Source: Saprolegnia diclina VS20 (lineage: Eukaryota). Taken from it: 36,651 bases of DNA. This document shows, piece after piece, positions 22,399 to 35,601 of the stretch (within the stretch, counting starts at the first letter, position 1; each line of letters starts with the position of its first letter). A program made the translations under genes and the position numbers. The stretch covers positions 381,428 to 418,078 of the forward strand of contig NW_008246106.1 in assembly GCF_000281045.1 (NCBI RefSeq), read 5' to 3'. The notes beneath the pieces were generated by a model that saw only the letters and a list, made by a program, of their open reading frames with translations, did no database searches and had not been told where the DNA came from.

Positions 22399-25300
22399 AC
22401 GAGCCAAGCGGACGGTCCCGGCACCTATACACTCGTCTTGACCGACGATGGATCCTGTATCTTTCCTGGCTTTTGTGTATCTTTGACAAAGAGCATCGCT
22501 AGTGTATACACAAGGGCGACTAGTACCGGCTGCATCGGTACGGTACTTAGTGGTATCGGAAAGCTCCATTGTGAATCGTAGAACCCGTCGCTGCCCGACG
22601 TCGACGACCGAGGCCCGCGTTTCAAACAGCTCATGACGCCGCTCCACGCTCCACCGCACGTCACGACGCCGACGCACCTCAAGCTTCCACTGCCGATCGT
22701 CGCCATCGCCTGTGGCGCCGAGCACGCGATCGCAATTGCATCCAACCGAACGCTCTTTGCCTGGGGTTACAATACCTATGGCCAGCTGGGGCTAGGGGAT
22801 TTCGAAGCAAAAGACGAACCGACGCCTCTACTGTGCCGGGAGCTCAGCGTCCGGTTGCATCAAGTACACGTTCTCTCTGCTCTAAAGAGAGGTTGTCCTA
22901 CTCGACTGTCTAGGCAACGGGACGCAGCCAGTACCGCCTTGTCACGGGTGCCTTTACGACTGCGCTCGTGTTTCCCGATGCGGTGTGGGTCTGGGGCCGC
23001 CTCGCGTCGCTGGACCTCTCGCCGTCCCCCGACCCAAGAGAAAGCCCGCATGTTGCGCGGATCTTGGCCATTGACGGACCGCTCGTTGACATTCTGTTTG
23101 GCCTGGACCAAGCACTGGCGTTAACGCACAGCGGCGCGCTGTACACGTGGTCGACGCGATCGCAAGCCGGTGTGCTCCCCGTGCCTATGCCCGAGCGGCC
23201 CGTGCTTCAAATGGCGCTCGGCAGCAAGCACGCGCTGGCGTTGACCAAAGCCGGTCACATTTACGCCTGGGGCGCCAATGGTCTTGGGCAGTGCGGCGTC
23301 GGAACCTTTGCGTCGTTGATTCCATCGCCGCAGCGCGTTCTGGGCGTGCCCCTACTCAACACCGCCAGTGTGCGCTTGGCGTGTTTTGGTCATGCGTCCT
23401 TGCTGCAGATCGATCATGGCCAGTTGAGCTTTGTATGGGGCGTCGTCGGGCCGGTGCTCTGCACGCACACGCCCGTGGAGCTACCGCCATTTCGCAAGGC
23501 GCCGCCGCCATCGCCCCCCGTCGGCGTCCTCGGGACGCCACACAGTCTAGGATTTGAGCGGTCTCTGCCCAAAAAGACGAGCCTCTATACACTCGGCCCC
23601 ATCGTCTGCAAAGGACGCGAGCACATTGGCGATGTTGCAAAATTGCACTTGTCCCGCGGCGCTCTGACCATCCAGCCGATCTACGAGCACGCGTCACCGG
23701 CGCTGGCGGTGCTGGCAACGCCACTGCTATCGACCAAAGGCGTCTTGACCGTCTCGCCGATAGAGAGTAGCACCAAAGGCCTCTACACTAGCTGGTTCCA
23801 CGCGCAACACAGCGGCACGTGGCAGCTGTGGCTCGCATCAAGCCAGCAAACGGCTTCGCTCGTCGTCGGTGGCCCCTGGACGCTCAAGGTTCAGCTGTCC
23901 GAGGCGGTGGCGCCGAGTCGCCAGACGACCCCCGCCTTCGACCACCCGCGCCTCGCACACGTGGCCGTTCAAACAAATGCGTCAACCGTGTGGCATGCGA
24001 CGTCACCCGAGCTGCCGTGTCGCGTGACGATGGACCACCCCGTCTTGCTCCGGTTCGACCTCGCCGGGTGTACCGACCTCAATGACGACGATTGGGCTGT
24101 CGAGAGCTTGGGAGCGACAGTGGCGACGACGTCGCACGCCATCGATCGAGTGGCCGCGACGATGGTTGTCACACTCAAGTACATAAGCGCGGGAACGTCG
24201 ACTGTGGTGCTTCGCCGCAGTGGCCGCGCGCGACTACACCGCAAGGCGCCGTCGACGGTGGAGGTGCATGTGACGTACAAAGTGGCCTCGGTGGTCCGGT
24301 GTGCACAGCTGCACCGGCTCGCGATGCAGTCGTATCTCTGCAGCGTCGACAACTCGATACCCAAGCTCTGCGCGTGGATCACTGGGCACAAGGAGCTCTC
24401 TCTGTATCTGCAGCACTCGGTGATCCTCGAGGTGCAGACCTTCGCGTCTTTTCTTCCTCTTCACACGAGCGACACAGGTGCTCACACAACACCGCATCAC
24501 GTATGGCTGGGACGTCTGGCGCGACCTGCAGTACGAATCAACGCTACTGTGTACCGGCGCTGAGCTCATGGTGTCCATAGGTCCGAGCTACAGCAGTGGT
24601 GATCGGCAAGGTCGTTTCTTCCAGCGAGTCATGGCCAGCTGTAGGACGGTCGTTGCGTGGTTAGATTTTGACGCGCTCCTCAAGAAACTCGCTACCTCCA
24701 ATACGATGACGTCACCGCGCCACCAGCCAGCAAGCGTCGAGTCCGCGCTCGCAGCCGACGCAACGTGGTTTCTTTCGATATATCCAGAGCCGCCGGCGCT
24801 GCACGGTGGTGGGCTAAGCGCCCGCCCCCACCCGCGAACGCCCCTCTCGATGCAGGACCTCGTCGTACCGAGAAGCGCGCCGTCGGAAGCCGCCATCCTC
24901 CTCGACGCCCACCCGTCGATCGTGCTGCCCATTGCGGCTCAGTACACGCTTTGGGGTGATTTCTTATTGGCAACAGCCCACCGCGAACCTCTCGAGAGCG
25001 GTTCGTGTGGCCTCTCGGGGCCACTTCACGAGCTACGACAGCTGTTGCTAGAGCGGCGTCGGTCGGCGCAGCGCTCGCTCCGGGATCTCTACCATCATTT
25101 TCATCGGGACCTCAAGTCAACTGGTGACGGGTTCGACTTGAGAGCGTTCCGAGTCGCGATCAATGACCTTCGGTACTTGCTGTCCAATGCTCTTACGACA
25201 ATATTGTACATATCTGAAAGACGATATTGGGTAGGATCATGCTGACACCGGAAGAGAGCTTCGATGCGTTCCAGCGCCTCTGTGTTGACGGAACGTCGCA

Positions 25301-26081
25301 TGTGGGCTTTGGCGCCTTTCGACTCTTCGTGCTCGAGCCAACGTTTCAGAGCTTTTGGCACACCTACGCGCCGCGCGTCATCGCGACCCTTCGCGCCCAT
25401 AGCACGACGTCCATCGATGCCTGGAGGAAGCACTTCGAAGCGGCCTTCGAGCAGCTGCAGACAGGGAGCGGCTACGAAACCGTGCGCACAGCTGCCAACG
25501 GCGACTTGGACTGGGAGGTCTTTGCCCACGGCCTTCTGCTGCTAGTACCGTCCACGTCGCCGCGCGACCTCATCCGCCTTGTCTACCGCTTTGATACGCG
25601 AGGTGACGGCGTCGTGCAGGCGACGAACGTGCTTCGTGCGCTCCATCAGTGGGCCACGATGACGCTGGACGCACCGCGGACCGAGCGAGGATCGTCGTCG
25701 AATGTTTTGGCAAGAGACCGGCCCCAGATTGACGCCTTCTCGAGCCACAAGGCGGTACAAAAACTGTATCGATCCCGCGCCCAAGCCTACGCACTCGAGA
25801 CGTCCGAGGACGCAGCGCTCCTGCGGCAAGGCAACGAGCTGCTGGTGGGCTCTCTATATGAAAAAGACTATATAATGACTATGGTATGCTAGACAAGAAC
25901 GACCAAAAAGCCCGTGCACTGGCTTCTCGAGTACATGCTAGTGTGTGCACCGCGGCGATCGTCTTATGGTGTTCTCTGTAGACAAGGCCTTAGCTTTCGA
26001 CCGCAAGCTCGAGGACTCAGTCTGGACAAGCCGGGTGTGTACGATGCCGCAGAGCTCTCAGTCGACCAACTGGATAGTTGA
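22399..26081 (+). CDS. RCC1-repeat protein with a beta-rich middle region and EF-hand-like C-terminus (both ends approximate)
   Basis: RCC1 repeats IVAIACGAEHAIAIASNRTLFAWGYNTYGQLGLG and VLQMALGSKHALALTKAGHIYAWGANGLGQCGVG; EF-hand-like RLVYRFDTRGDGVVQATNVLRAL. The start probably lies in or before the gap. Assignment of all ORFs to one gene is inferred. Confidence 0.7.
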
Positions 26082-26365
26082 TGGGTAGGTTTCATGCACT
26101 ATCCGATACTATCCAATGCGTGGTATTGCAAGTCGGATCTTGACTGGACCGACGTTCCGTGTTGCAGGAAAGACGCCATCTCCATCTCCTGCGCGAACCT
26201 GCATTCTTGCATAACAAGACGCTTGCAACAAGGGAATTTCTCTTACCGTGCCGAAACCAAAAGTGACTTTATTTTTGGATATATTTTCAAACAATTTTAG
26301 GACGATTGTTTTGAGGGAGTTGCTATGTTGAACCAATGGCCTTGCGATCTTGAGTCGGCGCTTTG

Positions 26366-28249
26366 ATGGACGACGCCCAGCGACGCAAGCCATGGGTCCT
26401 TCTCTTGGCATGTCTCGTAGACATTGGCAACTCGTACTGCTACGATACGCCGTCCGCGCTCAAGTCGCAGCTTCAGGAGCACCTCCATGGCATGCCCACC
26501 GCCTCGTTTGAGATGGCTTTTGTATCTTTTTTGCTATTTCATTTTGCTCGCCCATATCGTCGTTACCGTCCTTGACCCCATCTAGAACCTGCTCTACACG
26601 GTCTACTCGGTGCCCAACATTGTGCTGCCGCTGTTCGGCGGCCTCGTGACGGACCGCATTGGCCCGCGCAGCATGCTTCTCCTGGTGACGCTGCTCATTC
26701 TTATCGGCCATGGCATCTTTGCCGTCGGCAACCAGCTGCAGAACGTGCCCGTCATGCTAGTAGACACTTGCTTCCATAGATTCATGATACAGAGACCTCG
26801 TAGCTCGGGCGGGTCGTCTTTGGCCTGGGCGGCGAGACCATTTCGGTCGCTCAAGCGACTGTCCTCGCTGTCTGGTTTGATAGCAACGAGCTGGGTACGC
26901 GACTTTTCTGCAAAAAATATGTGCGTCAACGTGTCATAGCACTCGCCAACGGATTCGCGCTGAGTACGTCCAAGCTCGCGACGACGCTCAACAACGAGCT
27001 GAGTCCCGTGCTCGCGGAAGCCTTCGGTCTCTCGAGCGCCATCTGGGCCGGCGTCGTAGTGTGTGCGCTCGCATTCCTCGCAACGCTCGCCCTCTATCGT
27101 ATCAGCGAACGTGACGCGGTCGACCAAGACGACGACAACGTCCCCGTACAGCTGTCCGATATCATTGATTTTAGGTGCGATTTGCCAATCTCGGATAACC
27201 CTAACCACCCCTACCCCTAGCACGAGCTTCTGGCTCATGGCCGGCGCGTTCTTTGTGCTGTACGCGGTGACAGGGCCGTTCAACAACGTCGCCAGCAGTA
27301 TCTTTCTAGAGCGCGACTACTACAAGGCCCTCCCGAGTGCGTGCCATCGGTGCGGCCTCGGTGCGTACGCTGGTGACGTCAACTGCTCGATGTTGCCGCC
27401 GGCCTGTCCACCATCACCTCCCTATGCATACCCACTGCCGCTGCTCTCGGCCCACTGCACTTTGAACCAAACACAGTGCCTCCGCGCTCCTCCGTATGTG
27501 CTCGCCCATCACATCAACTGCGACGATACGTTTTGGAAAAATGGCGAAGTGACCAAGGGGTACTGCAGCGTCAAGTACGCTGCCGAGCAAGCCGCGGCGT
27601 TCCCGCTGAGCATCGCACCGCTGCTTGTGGCCACCACGGCGCCGCTCTCGGGCTACCTCGTCGACCATCTGGGGCATCGCGCGGCCTTGGCGACTGGCGC
27701 AATGGTGCTTCTGGGGCTCTCGCACGCGCTGATTGGCTACACGTGGTTGTCTCTGTACGTCCCGCTCGTGCTCCAAGGCATTGGGTTCAGCGTCTTCTTG
27801 TCGGCGCTCTGGCCCGCCGTGTCGTGTACGTAGTATATGGATACAATGGTGCGAATGTCATGTGTATGGACGTAGATTGCGTTGCACCGCACCACGTGGG
27901 TACCGCGTATGGCGTCCTTTGCGCCGTCTTGGTATGGCGATATGGGCTCGCCATGACTCAATATGGATAGAACTTTGGCCTTGCGCTCGTCCCGATGCTT
28001 GTGGTTGTCGAACACAACCTCACGGGCGTCTACGTGCCGTACGTGAATGGTATGTTTATCGGCCTCTCGCTCCTCGGTGTCGGCGCCTGCGCAGCCTTGT
28101 GCGTCGTCGACCATGCGAACGGCGGTGCGCTTGACGGTGTTACGATGACCCAAGTCCAACCAACACCAGTGCCGCTCTCGGAGCTGCTCACGAACGAAGA
28201 GACGAGCTTGGTGCAAGCGCCAACCGTCGGCTACGGGACATACTCGTAG
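26366..28249 (+). CDS. MFSD1-like major facilitator transporter, copy 3 (multi-exon)
   Basis: GNSYCYDTPSALKSQL, PNIVLPLFGGLVTDRIG, APLSGYLVDHLGHR and SALWPAVS; C-terminal EETSLV...GYGTYS*. Confidence 0.9.
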
Positions 28250-28899
28250 ACTCTACATTCTTTTTGCAATATCCGTGCATAAGCTTTGACGAAGCATATT
28301 GACGTGGGTTGGCGACCGTTGGCGTCACCTTGAACTTCAAGGACCCCGGGGTGCAGCGTTGGCCGTGGACCCAGAGACTTCGTATTCCGACACATACAAG
28401 GTCGACCGATTGGGCTTTGAAAAGGTGCATTCATCTCCACCTCTCCCACAGTGTCGTTGACCGTCGATTTGGCTTTGCTTTCTTTTGTTGATGTGTACGA
28501 CTCTTGATTAGACAGGCTTGCTGGCAGTCCGACCTCTTCATATACACCGGGGCACTTTAAGTCGAGATGCAGCAAGAACAGCCGCCTTCTGCAGCCGCAT
28601 CATGCTTTGTTTTCGCCGTCTCTTTGCTTTTCTATAATAGTCTCTACGCTTTTTCTATAATAGTCAATGGGCTAGGAAATGACGTAATCCTTCCGAGCAT
28701 CGCTGTGCATAGCTCTGGTTGTCGCCGCCGTGCCATTTCCTCTGGAATCCGATATAGATACACACCCATCTTCTGATATCCTGCTAAACATGATAGTGCC
28801 GTTGCGCCCACAACCCTCTTTCGGACTTTCAAATACCTCTCACAATCGATACTATCAAAGATACCGCCTGGCCTTTCTGCTGTCAGTTTCCAAAACGCC

Positions 28900-30158
28900 A
28901 TGAGCCCGCCACCGTTCACGCAGCTCACGTGCCTCTCGACGCGCGGCCGCGTCCTCTTCGCCACGGACGAGTGGTTTGCCTCTGCCGACAACCTCCTCTC
29001 GCTCGCGCCGCCGGTCTTTATTGCTGACAAGTTTACGACCTACGGCAAGTGGATGGACGGCTGGGAGACGCGCCGGAAGCGTGTCGCTGGCCACGACTGG
29101 TGCGTCCTCGAGCTCGGCCTGCGCGGCAAGATCGTGGGCATCGAGGTCGACACGGCCTTCTTTACCGGCAACAACGCGCCACGCGTAGCTCGCTGCATGC
29201 ACGGACGCAAGGCTCATGCGCGTCTGTAGGTGTCGATCCAAGCCGCCTGCCTCGAGCCGGGCGTCGGCGCCGACCTGATCCGCCCGCGCGAGATGGGCAC
29301 GTGCGCGTCGGCTACCGAAGAAGCGGCGATCGCTGCGCTTGGCACGGACGCTTGGCGCGAGCTCGTGCCGCGGACCGACCTGCAGCCGGGGTTCGATGCG
29401 ATGCGGTGCTTCCTGTGCTAATGTGGGCGGATGTAGGTATGAAGCAAGCCGGTACCACTACTTTGACGTCAGCAGCGACGACGTGTGGACGCATCTCCGC
29501 GTCAACATGTTCCCGGACGGAGGCATTGCGCGGCTCATGGTCTACGGCGTCGTTGCCGTCGACTGGGAAAAGGTATTGAAGCGGGATATGCCCCTGAAAC
29601 TTCAGCTATTGAGCATAGATTGCCTCGACGGCGTCTGTCGACTTGGTTGCGGCGGCCAACGGCGGCACGGTTGTCGGCTTTAGCGACGCTCACTATGGCC
29701 ATCCGCGCATTCTGCTCCAGCCCGGGCGCGGGATCAACATGGGCGATGGCTGGGAGACGGCCCGGAAGAAGACGCGCCCGGCGATCCTCACGGTCGACGC
29801 CAGTGGTCTGCTCACGGTGCCAGGCGATGATTGGGTCGTCTTGAAGCTCGGGCATGTGGGTGTCGTGGAGCGTATTGAGGTCGACACGGCGAACTTCAAG
29901 GGGAACTTTCCCGAAAGCTGCTTCATCGAAGGCTGTTTCTACGAGGGCAACGACGTGCTCTCGGCGTCGGTGACGTGGCGCCCCGTGCTGCCGCGCTCCA
30001 AACTCAGCGCTGACAAGCAACACTATTTCAGCGTTGCTGACGGATCGCTTGTGGGTGGCGGCGATGCGATCAATCACGTTCGCTTCACCATGTACCCGGA
30101 CGGCGGTATCAGCCGTCTTCGCATCTGGGGCCGCAAGGCGCTGAGTGGACGCTTGTAA
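28900..30158 (+). CDS. ALLC: Allantoicase (allantoate amidinohydrolase)
   Basis: Two allantoicase repeats: ATDEWFASADNLL...GKWMDGWETRRKR..GHDWCVLELG...EVDTAFFTGN and SDAHYGHP...NMGDGWETARK...DWVVLKLG...EVDTANFKGNFPE, each ending in PDGGI(A/S)RL. Introns ~29185-29229, 29391-29436 and 29573-29618. Confidence 0.95.
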
Positions 30159-30334
30159 AGCCATCTTCGTCTCATCGTCTGTGTACTGTAGTATGTACAT
30201 AAACTGTCTATCGAAAGACGTGTTTGGGTGCGTTGGTGAGTTGCACAACATGTCCAGCCATGCATATCACGTCCGATAAGGATCAAGGCGCGACTTGTAT
30301 CAACTAACTAAATCAAATGTGTTTACACAATGTC

Positions 30335-33300
30335 TTAGACTTCTTGGACGTCGTAGCGTGTACCATTGTTGTTGACACCGCTCACAAGTGCGAGGATCGC
30401 GTCGAGCTTGGCGGCGACCGCTTCGAGCTGCTTGGACTGCGCCTCCACCTTGGCCTCGAGCGCGACCAGCTTGTCGTCGGGCTTCGTGTCGCCGTCGTCG
30501 TTGCACTCGGTTGGCGGCGTGATGACGTTTTGCACGGCATTCTCGATGGCGTCGATGACCTTTTGGAGCTCGTCTTTGATGGTTGAGCGCTGCGACATGT
30601 TGTAGAGAAGAACACACTCGGCGCGTGCGTCCATCTCGGCAGCGTCGAGCCGGAGCTTCCAGAGCGTCAAAAGCTTTTCCTTGAGCTTGGTGAGTGTCCT
30701 CTTGACTTGCTTCTGAAGCGCCGCGAGCGCCATATCTCGGTAGACACCGCAGCTCAACCGCGCCGTTTCTATGATCACCTTGAGGAGGGCGCGCGCTGTC
30801 TCAATGTGCTCGAGGTCCCTGGCCAGAACCTCGTTCGTGTCGAGCTTGGAGAAGNNNNNNNNNNNNNNNNNNNNNNNNNNNNNNNNNNNNNNNNNNNNNN
30901 NNNNNNNNNNNNNNNNNNNNNNNNNNNNNNNNNNNNNNNNNNNNNNNNNNNNNNNNNNNNNNNNNNNNNNNNNNNNNNNNNNNNNNNNNNNNNNNNNNNN
31001 NNNNNNNNNNNNNNNNNNNNNNNNNNNNNNNNNNNNNNNNNNNNNNNNNNNNNNNNNNNNNNNNNNNNNNNNNNNNNNNNNNNNNNNNGTCTCGTCCGCT
31101 GCATCGTCTTCGGTCGTCGGCGAAATGGCTTCGGCGACCACGTCCAAGACAGTTTCGCTCACCTTCTGCAGCTGCGCGTCCATCGTCGAGCGCTGCGCCA
31201 TCTGGAAGAGAAGCATGCACTCGGCGCGCGCGCTCATGTCCTTGGCGTCAAACTTGGGCGCCCAGAGCCGCAGCAGCTTGTCCTTGAGCTGCCCAAGCTT
31301 CTTCTTGAGGTGCGACTGCAGTGCTGCCAACACCTTGTCGCGGAACTCGCCATTGCTCTTGCGTGCATCGTCGACGATCACATTGAGCTGGCTGCGGGAC
31401 TTTCCAATGTGCTTGAGGTCGTCGGCAAAGATGGTCGACACCGTCAACGACGTAAAGTGCTGGACGTGCTGCAGCGCGTCGCGAAGGAAGTCGAGCTCCT
31501 TGTCGATCGTCGCATCCAGCTCGTCGACCAGCGTCGACCACGCTGCACGGTTGGCCGCCTCGGTCTGCAGCTCGATGGCTTGTTCTTCANNNNNNNNNNN
31601 NNNNNNNNNNNNNNNNNNNNNNNNNNNNNNNNNNNNNNNNNNNNNNNNNNNNNNNNNNNNNNNNNNNNNNNNNNNNNNNNNNNNNNNNNGCCGACGGCAC
31701 GACCTCCAGAAACTGAAGCGAGAGGACCCAGAGCGCGAGCGTGAGGAAGCCCGAGAGACCAAACTCAATCTCAGGCGAAATCGGAAACCAATTGAGTTTG
31801 ATGGGCACAAAAACTGTGATGATCGTAAGGTACACGAGCAACTGCGCTTTGTTCGTGTGCGATTGAAAGTGGATACGGTAGCCTGCTTTCATCTCTTGGC
31901 GCTCCGTCAGCACAAAGTAGAGCGCTGTGAACAAGAGCACAGCCGTGTTGAATGTCGGATACCACACCGCGAGGTGCAGATGCGGCGCCGCAATCGCCAA
32001 GGCGACAACGCAAAGCGCCGAGAATACGCCAGCGAGTCGGCGTGTCAAGACCGAGACCCGGTGCTCCCAGAAGGTCATGCTCATTGCATATTGGAAATGG
32101 CGACGTCCGTAGCGCAAATAGCGTGCGTCGCCATAGAGCGTCCTCGGTGCGAGTCGCTTGAGCGTCAAGTAGGCGAACCCGATAAGGACGCATGTCGAGA
32201 GACCAAAGACGCTTGCAGCCATCGACGGCGCTACGTCACTGCTATAGAATGACGACGTCGCCATCGTGAAGAGGAGGAGGACGTTTGTGAGCAGCTGCTG
32301 AAAGTAGAGACGCTGGCCAAACAGCTTCCACTTAACGTCGAGGAGCCGCCGAAAGACAATGTGTTCCAACAGAGCCTTCTGGGTCGCAAACGTCTTGTCG
32401 ACGTCCTTCAAGTCGAGGTCCAGGACGGCCTGGAGCGCACTCTTCTTGGTCGTTTGGCCGTAGACTGCCTCGAGCTACGCAGTTGGAATACACAAAAAGA
32501 CACGAGAGATTGGGATACATGTAGGAACTCGGCTTCGTGACGATGCAGCGTCACGCAGTCGTTGAGAAACTTGAGGCCGAGTTTTGGACTCAGCGCGATG
32601 GCTTTGGCAAAGCCACCCTTGTAAAAGACGTCGTCGATCGACATGGTCACCATCGAGAACGCGCGCTTTTGCTGGAACGCTGGCGAGTCGCGCCGGAGTT
32701 TGATCTCGTTCTCCAGAAGCTCCCGCACCGGCCATAAAAACTCGGGGGGGGGAAGTTCATCGCTCTCAACAATGGTCAGCTGCGCGAAACGCGCAAGCGT
32801 ACTCCGATCCTACAGGAGGGTTAGGGTCCACAACCTTTCGTGGCGGGTGTACGTCATCGTCATCGTAGATTTCGGCCCCGTGCTGGAGTAGGATCTCCAC
32901 AATCAGTGCATCGCCTTTCATCGCGGCGAGCAGGAGGGCCGAGCGGTCCTCCTACAAACGACCATGAAATTTGAGAAGTCCTTGTTACATAGTACGTTGT
33001 CTTCCAAGTCGAGGTTGACGTCTTTGGCGATGAGGTAATCGACGTTGAAAATATTACCCGATTTCGCCGCAACCATGAGAGCCGTTTCGCCGTTCTACAA
33101 AATGTCATATGTAATTGTGGACAAGTTGTCTTCTTTGGCGTACAATGTCTTGCTGGTCCAAGTCAACGTTCATTGCAATCTCGTCCAGTGCCGCTTTGGC
33201 AAAGGCGACGTGCATGGCCGCATGCATCGGCGTCTGCTTTTGCTAAAGAAACAAAAATGTAGTTCTCGATTCGAAAAGTTTGGTCGTTCGTACCGCCATC

Positions 33301-35601
33301 ATTTCGCGGGCTGTCGCTACATTGCCGACGTTGGCGAGGTAAAAGCCCCGATCAAAGAGTGAGAGTGCCCAGTACTCGTAGACAAGGCGCTGACTCTCGG
33401 TCGCCGAGGCGCACAGCGCCGCCAGTTTCGACTGAGAGACCATGTTCAGAGCTTTCTCATATGGGCATCGTACCTCGTCCAAATCGTCGTCGGCTTTCGG
33501 GTCCGCGCTGGCGTCAAGCAAACGTCGGACGATCTCGGGAAAATTTGCGTTCACCGCGAGCTCCAACGCTGTTTTTCCCTACAACACATACAACCGTCCT
33601 CGTTGCAGAATAGCGCGGACGTTGTACATCAAACGATTCAATGTTGAGGTCGAGGTCTGGCTGCTCCAAAAGTAGCTGTAGCGAAGCCACATGTCCACAC
33701 CGGCACACGTGATGGAGGGCCGTGTAGCCCTAGCTCCACATGAGTAAATGATTTATGTATGAAGACAATAGTTGCACCCCGCGCTTCCAATCGTCTGTCT
33801 GGTTGAGGACGTCGGTGGCGCGCGGTCTGTCCAAAAGCCCGCTCAGCTCCTTCCACTTGCGGCCGGCAGCGGCTCGAACCAGCTCGCTTGTCGACGACGC
33901 ATTCGTCATGCAGTCGCCAATGCAAGTGCGCGGCGCAGTGCCCGTGAGCATCAGGTTGGCTTCTCGGTGGTACTCGGGCGGCTACAGCATAGTCGTATGA
34001 ACTACCCGTCGTCGACGCTTCTTAGCTACGAGGTGCGTGCAGTCGAGGGGGAGGTGTCCTTGTCGGGCCACAGCGTAGATTGCGCGCATGCGATAGGCGG
34101 TATTCGCGCCAATAGTGTTGACAGCGCAAATCACCATTTCGTGCATGAGCATATCGAGCGCCGTGTGTCCTTCCTATGCACACAATATTGTCTATTGCTC
34201 TACTAGAATATGCCTCGGATGCAAGAACGTACATGGTCCTTGGCCGTAATGACGTCAGCAGAGATATACTCGAGAATGCGGTGGAGCACCTGGGTCGTGT
34301 CTCGATTGTCTTCAAACATCCGCGCCGCGTGCATGAGGGGCGTGCGACCCATCTAGTGCACAGTAGCTGTGGCATGCGTTCAATAGCCCCCAAACGCCAT
34401 TGCCCACCGAGTCGGGAAGCGCGAGCGCTGCGGTAATGGCGTCGTCTGCGTCATGCGGATGGTCGCGTCGCATGTCAGCAAGCCATGTATCGAAGCGGTC
34501 GACGTTGTTGGTGCGCACAAGAACGTGTACGGGAAACGCGGAGCGAAAGTCGACTTCGGCACTCAACAGCGCCTTGATGCGAGGGTTGGTCGTCAGGTCG
34601 ATCGGCCGCTCGCCAGCCTACACCATGGCGACATTGCACCAAGAACAAGCGATTTAGCGTACCTCATTGGCAACGTCAACCGTGTGGTCTTCCCCAAAGA
34701 AACCTTCGAGGATCTCGTACAAGGCGTCTTCGTCGAAGGCATACCGAATGATGTAATGACACAGCGTGTCGCCGTTCTATGCAACTCGTGAAGCACAGCT
34801 ATACAAGTAGATTGCACTGCACGTTGGCGCGCGCGTAGACGTTGGCACCGGCTTTTTCGAGGTGCCAGGCACACGGAAACGCCCACTTTCGCTTCGCGGC
34901 CAAATACGGTGTCTCGCCCGCCTACAAGAAGGAGCGCATCACTGACGAGGAGCCACACGTGCAGCACGCTACCTCGTTGCGAAGATTGAGATCCGGAAAG
35001 CGCGAAATGAGATAGAGAAGCGTCTCGATCCCGCTGCATTCGGCGGCCTCGTGCAGCAGCGAATTGCCCGTCTGCTTTATACATTCAACATAGCCACCGA
35101 CGTTTGGGCTTCGCACCGTGGACGACGTTAGCGTAGCAGCATTTGGAATGACATCCCAGAGGTACGTCAGCACCTCGACTTGGTTGTTGATGACAGCGCG
35201 CTGCAGCGTCGTCCACGCAACCTAAATCATTTGGTGTAAACACATACGACAGTGTGTGCATCGTCTACCAATCGGAGTGTCTCGGACGACACCAACTCTG
35301 CAATGGCTTGCACGAGTGGCAGGTTGCCGTACGTGGCAGCGAGCGACAGCACCGAGTCGCCATCCTATCTCAATTTGCACATCGGCAATGCACGATAAGG
35401 CATTTCCAAATACACCTCATTGAGTGTCGCAAGGTCCTTGTCAGTGACCACGCCAGGCGTTCGCAGGCGCCGAAGCAGCTCGCCTTCCTTGTTGAAAGCA
35501 AAGAGGTCGAGGAGCGAGGTCGTCTCGTCGTCGTTGGCCACGTCGTCGTTGGCCACTGCGTCGCTGTCCACCGACTCCACTTCCCACGGAGCATGCGGCA
35601 T
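30335..35601 (-). CDS. Ankyrin-repeat TRP-like cation channel (multi-exon, two gaps)
   Basis: Many ankyrin exons (GNSLLHEAAECSGIETLLYLI, TALHHVCRCGHVASLQLLL, LELAVNANFPEIVRRLL), the pre-S1 motif LLEHIVFRRLLDVKWKLFG, hydrophobic transmembrane segments at 32330-31690, and a helical C-terminus. The expected S5-pore-S6 region falls in the 100-N gap. Confidence 0.8.
30855..31088. other. Assembly gap
   Basis: Run of N. Confidence 1.
31590..31689. other. Assembly gap (exactly 100 N, probably of unknown true size)
   Basis: Run of 100 N where several hundred coding bases would be expected for a TRP channel. Confidence 0.95.

Noticed and set aside
28250..28890. Short ORFs between MFS copy 3 and allantoicase
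   Set aside because: No recognisable motifs and weak codon bias; cannot support a gene.
26366..30158. Purine-catabolism cluster of MFS transporter plus allantoicase
   Set aside because: The transporters are MFSD1-like rather than DAL5/allantoate-permease-like, and no other purine-degradation genes are present, so adjacency is insufficient.
35526..35555. 15-bp tandem duplication (VANDD x2) in the TRP N-terminus
   Set aside because: Real but trivial in-frame slippage in an acidic disordered segment.
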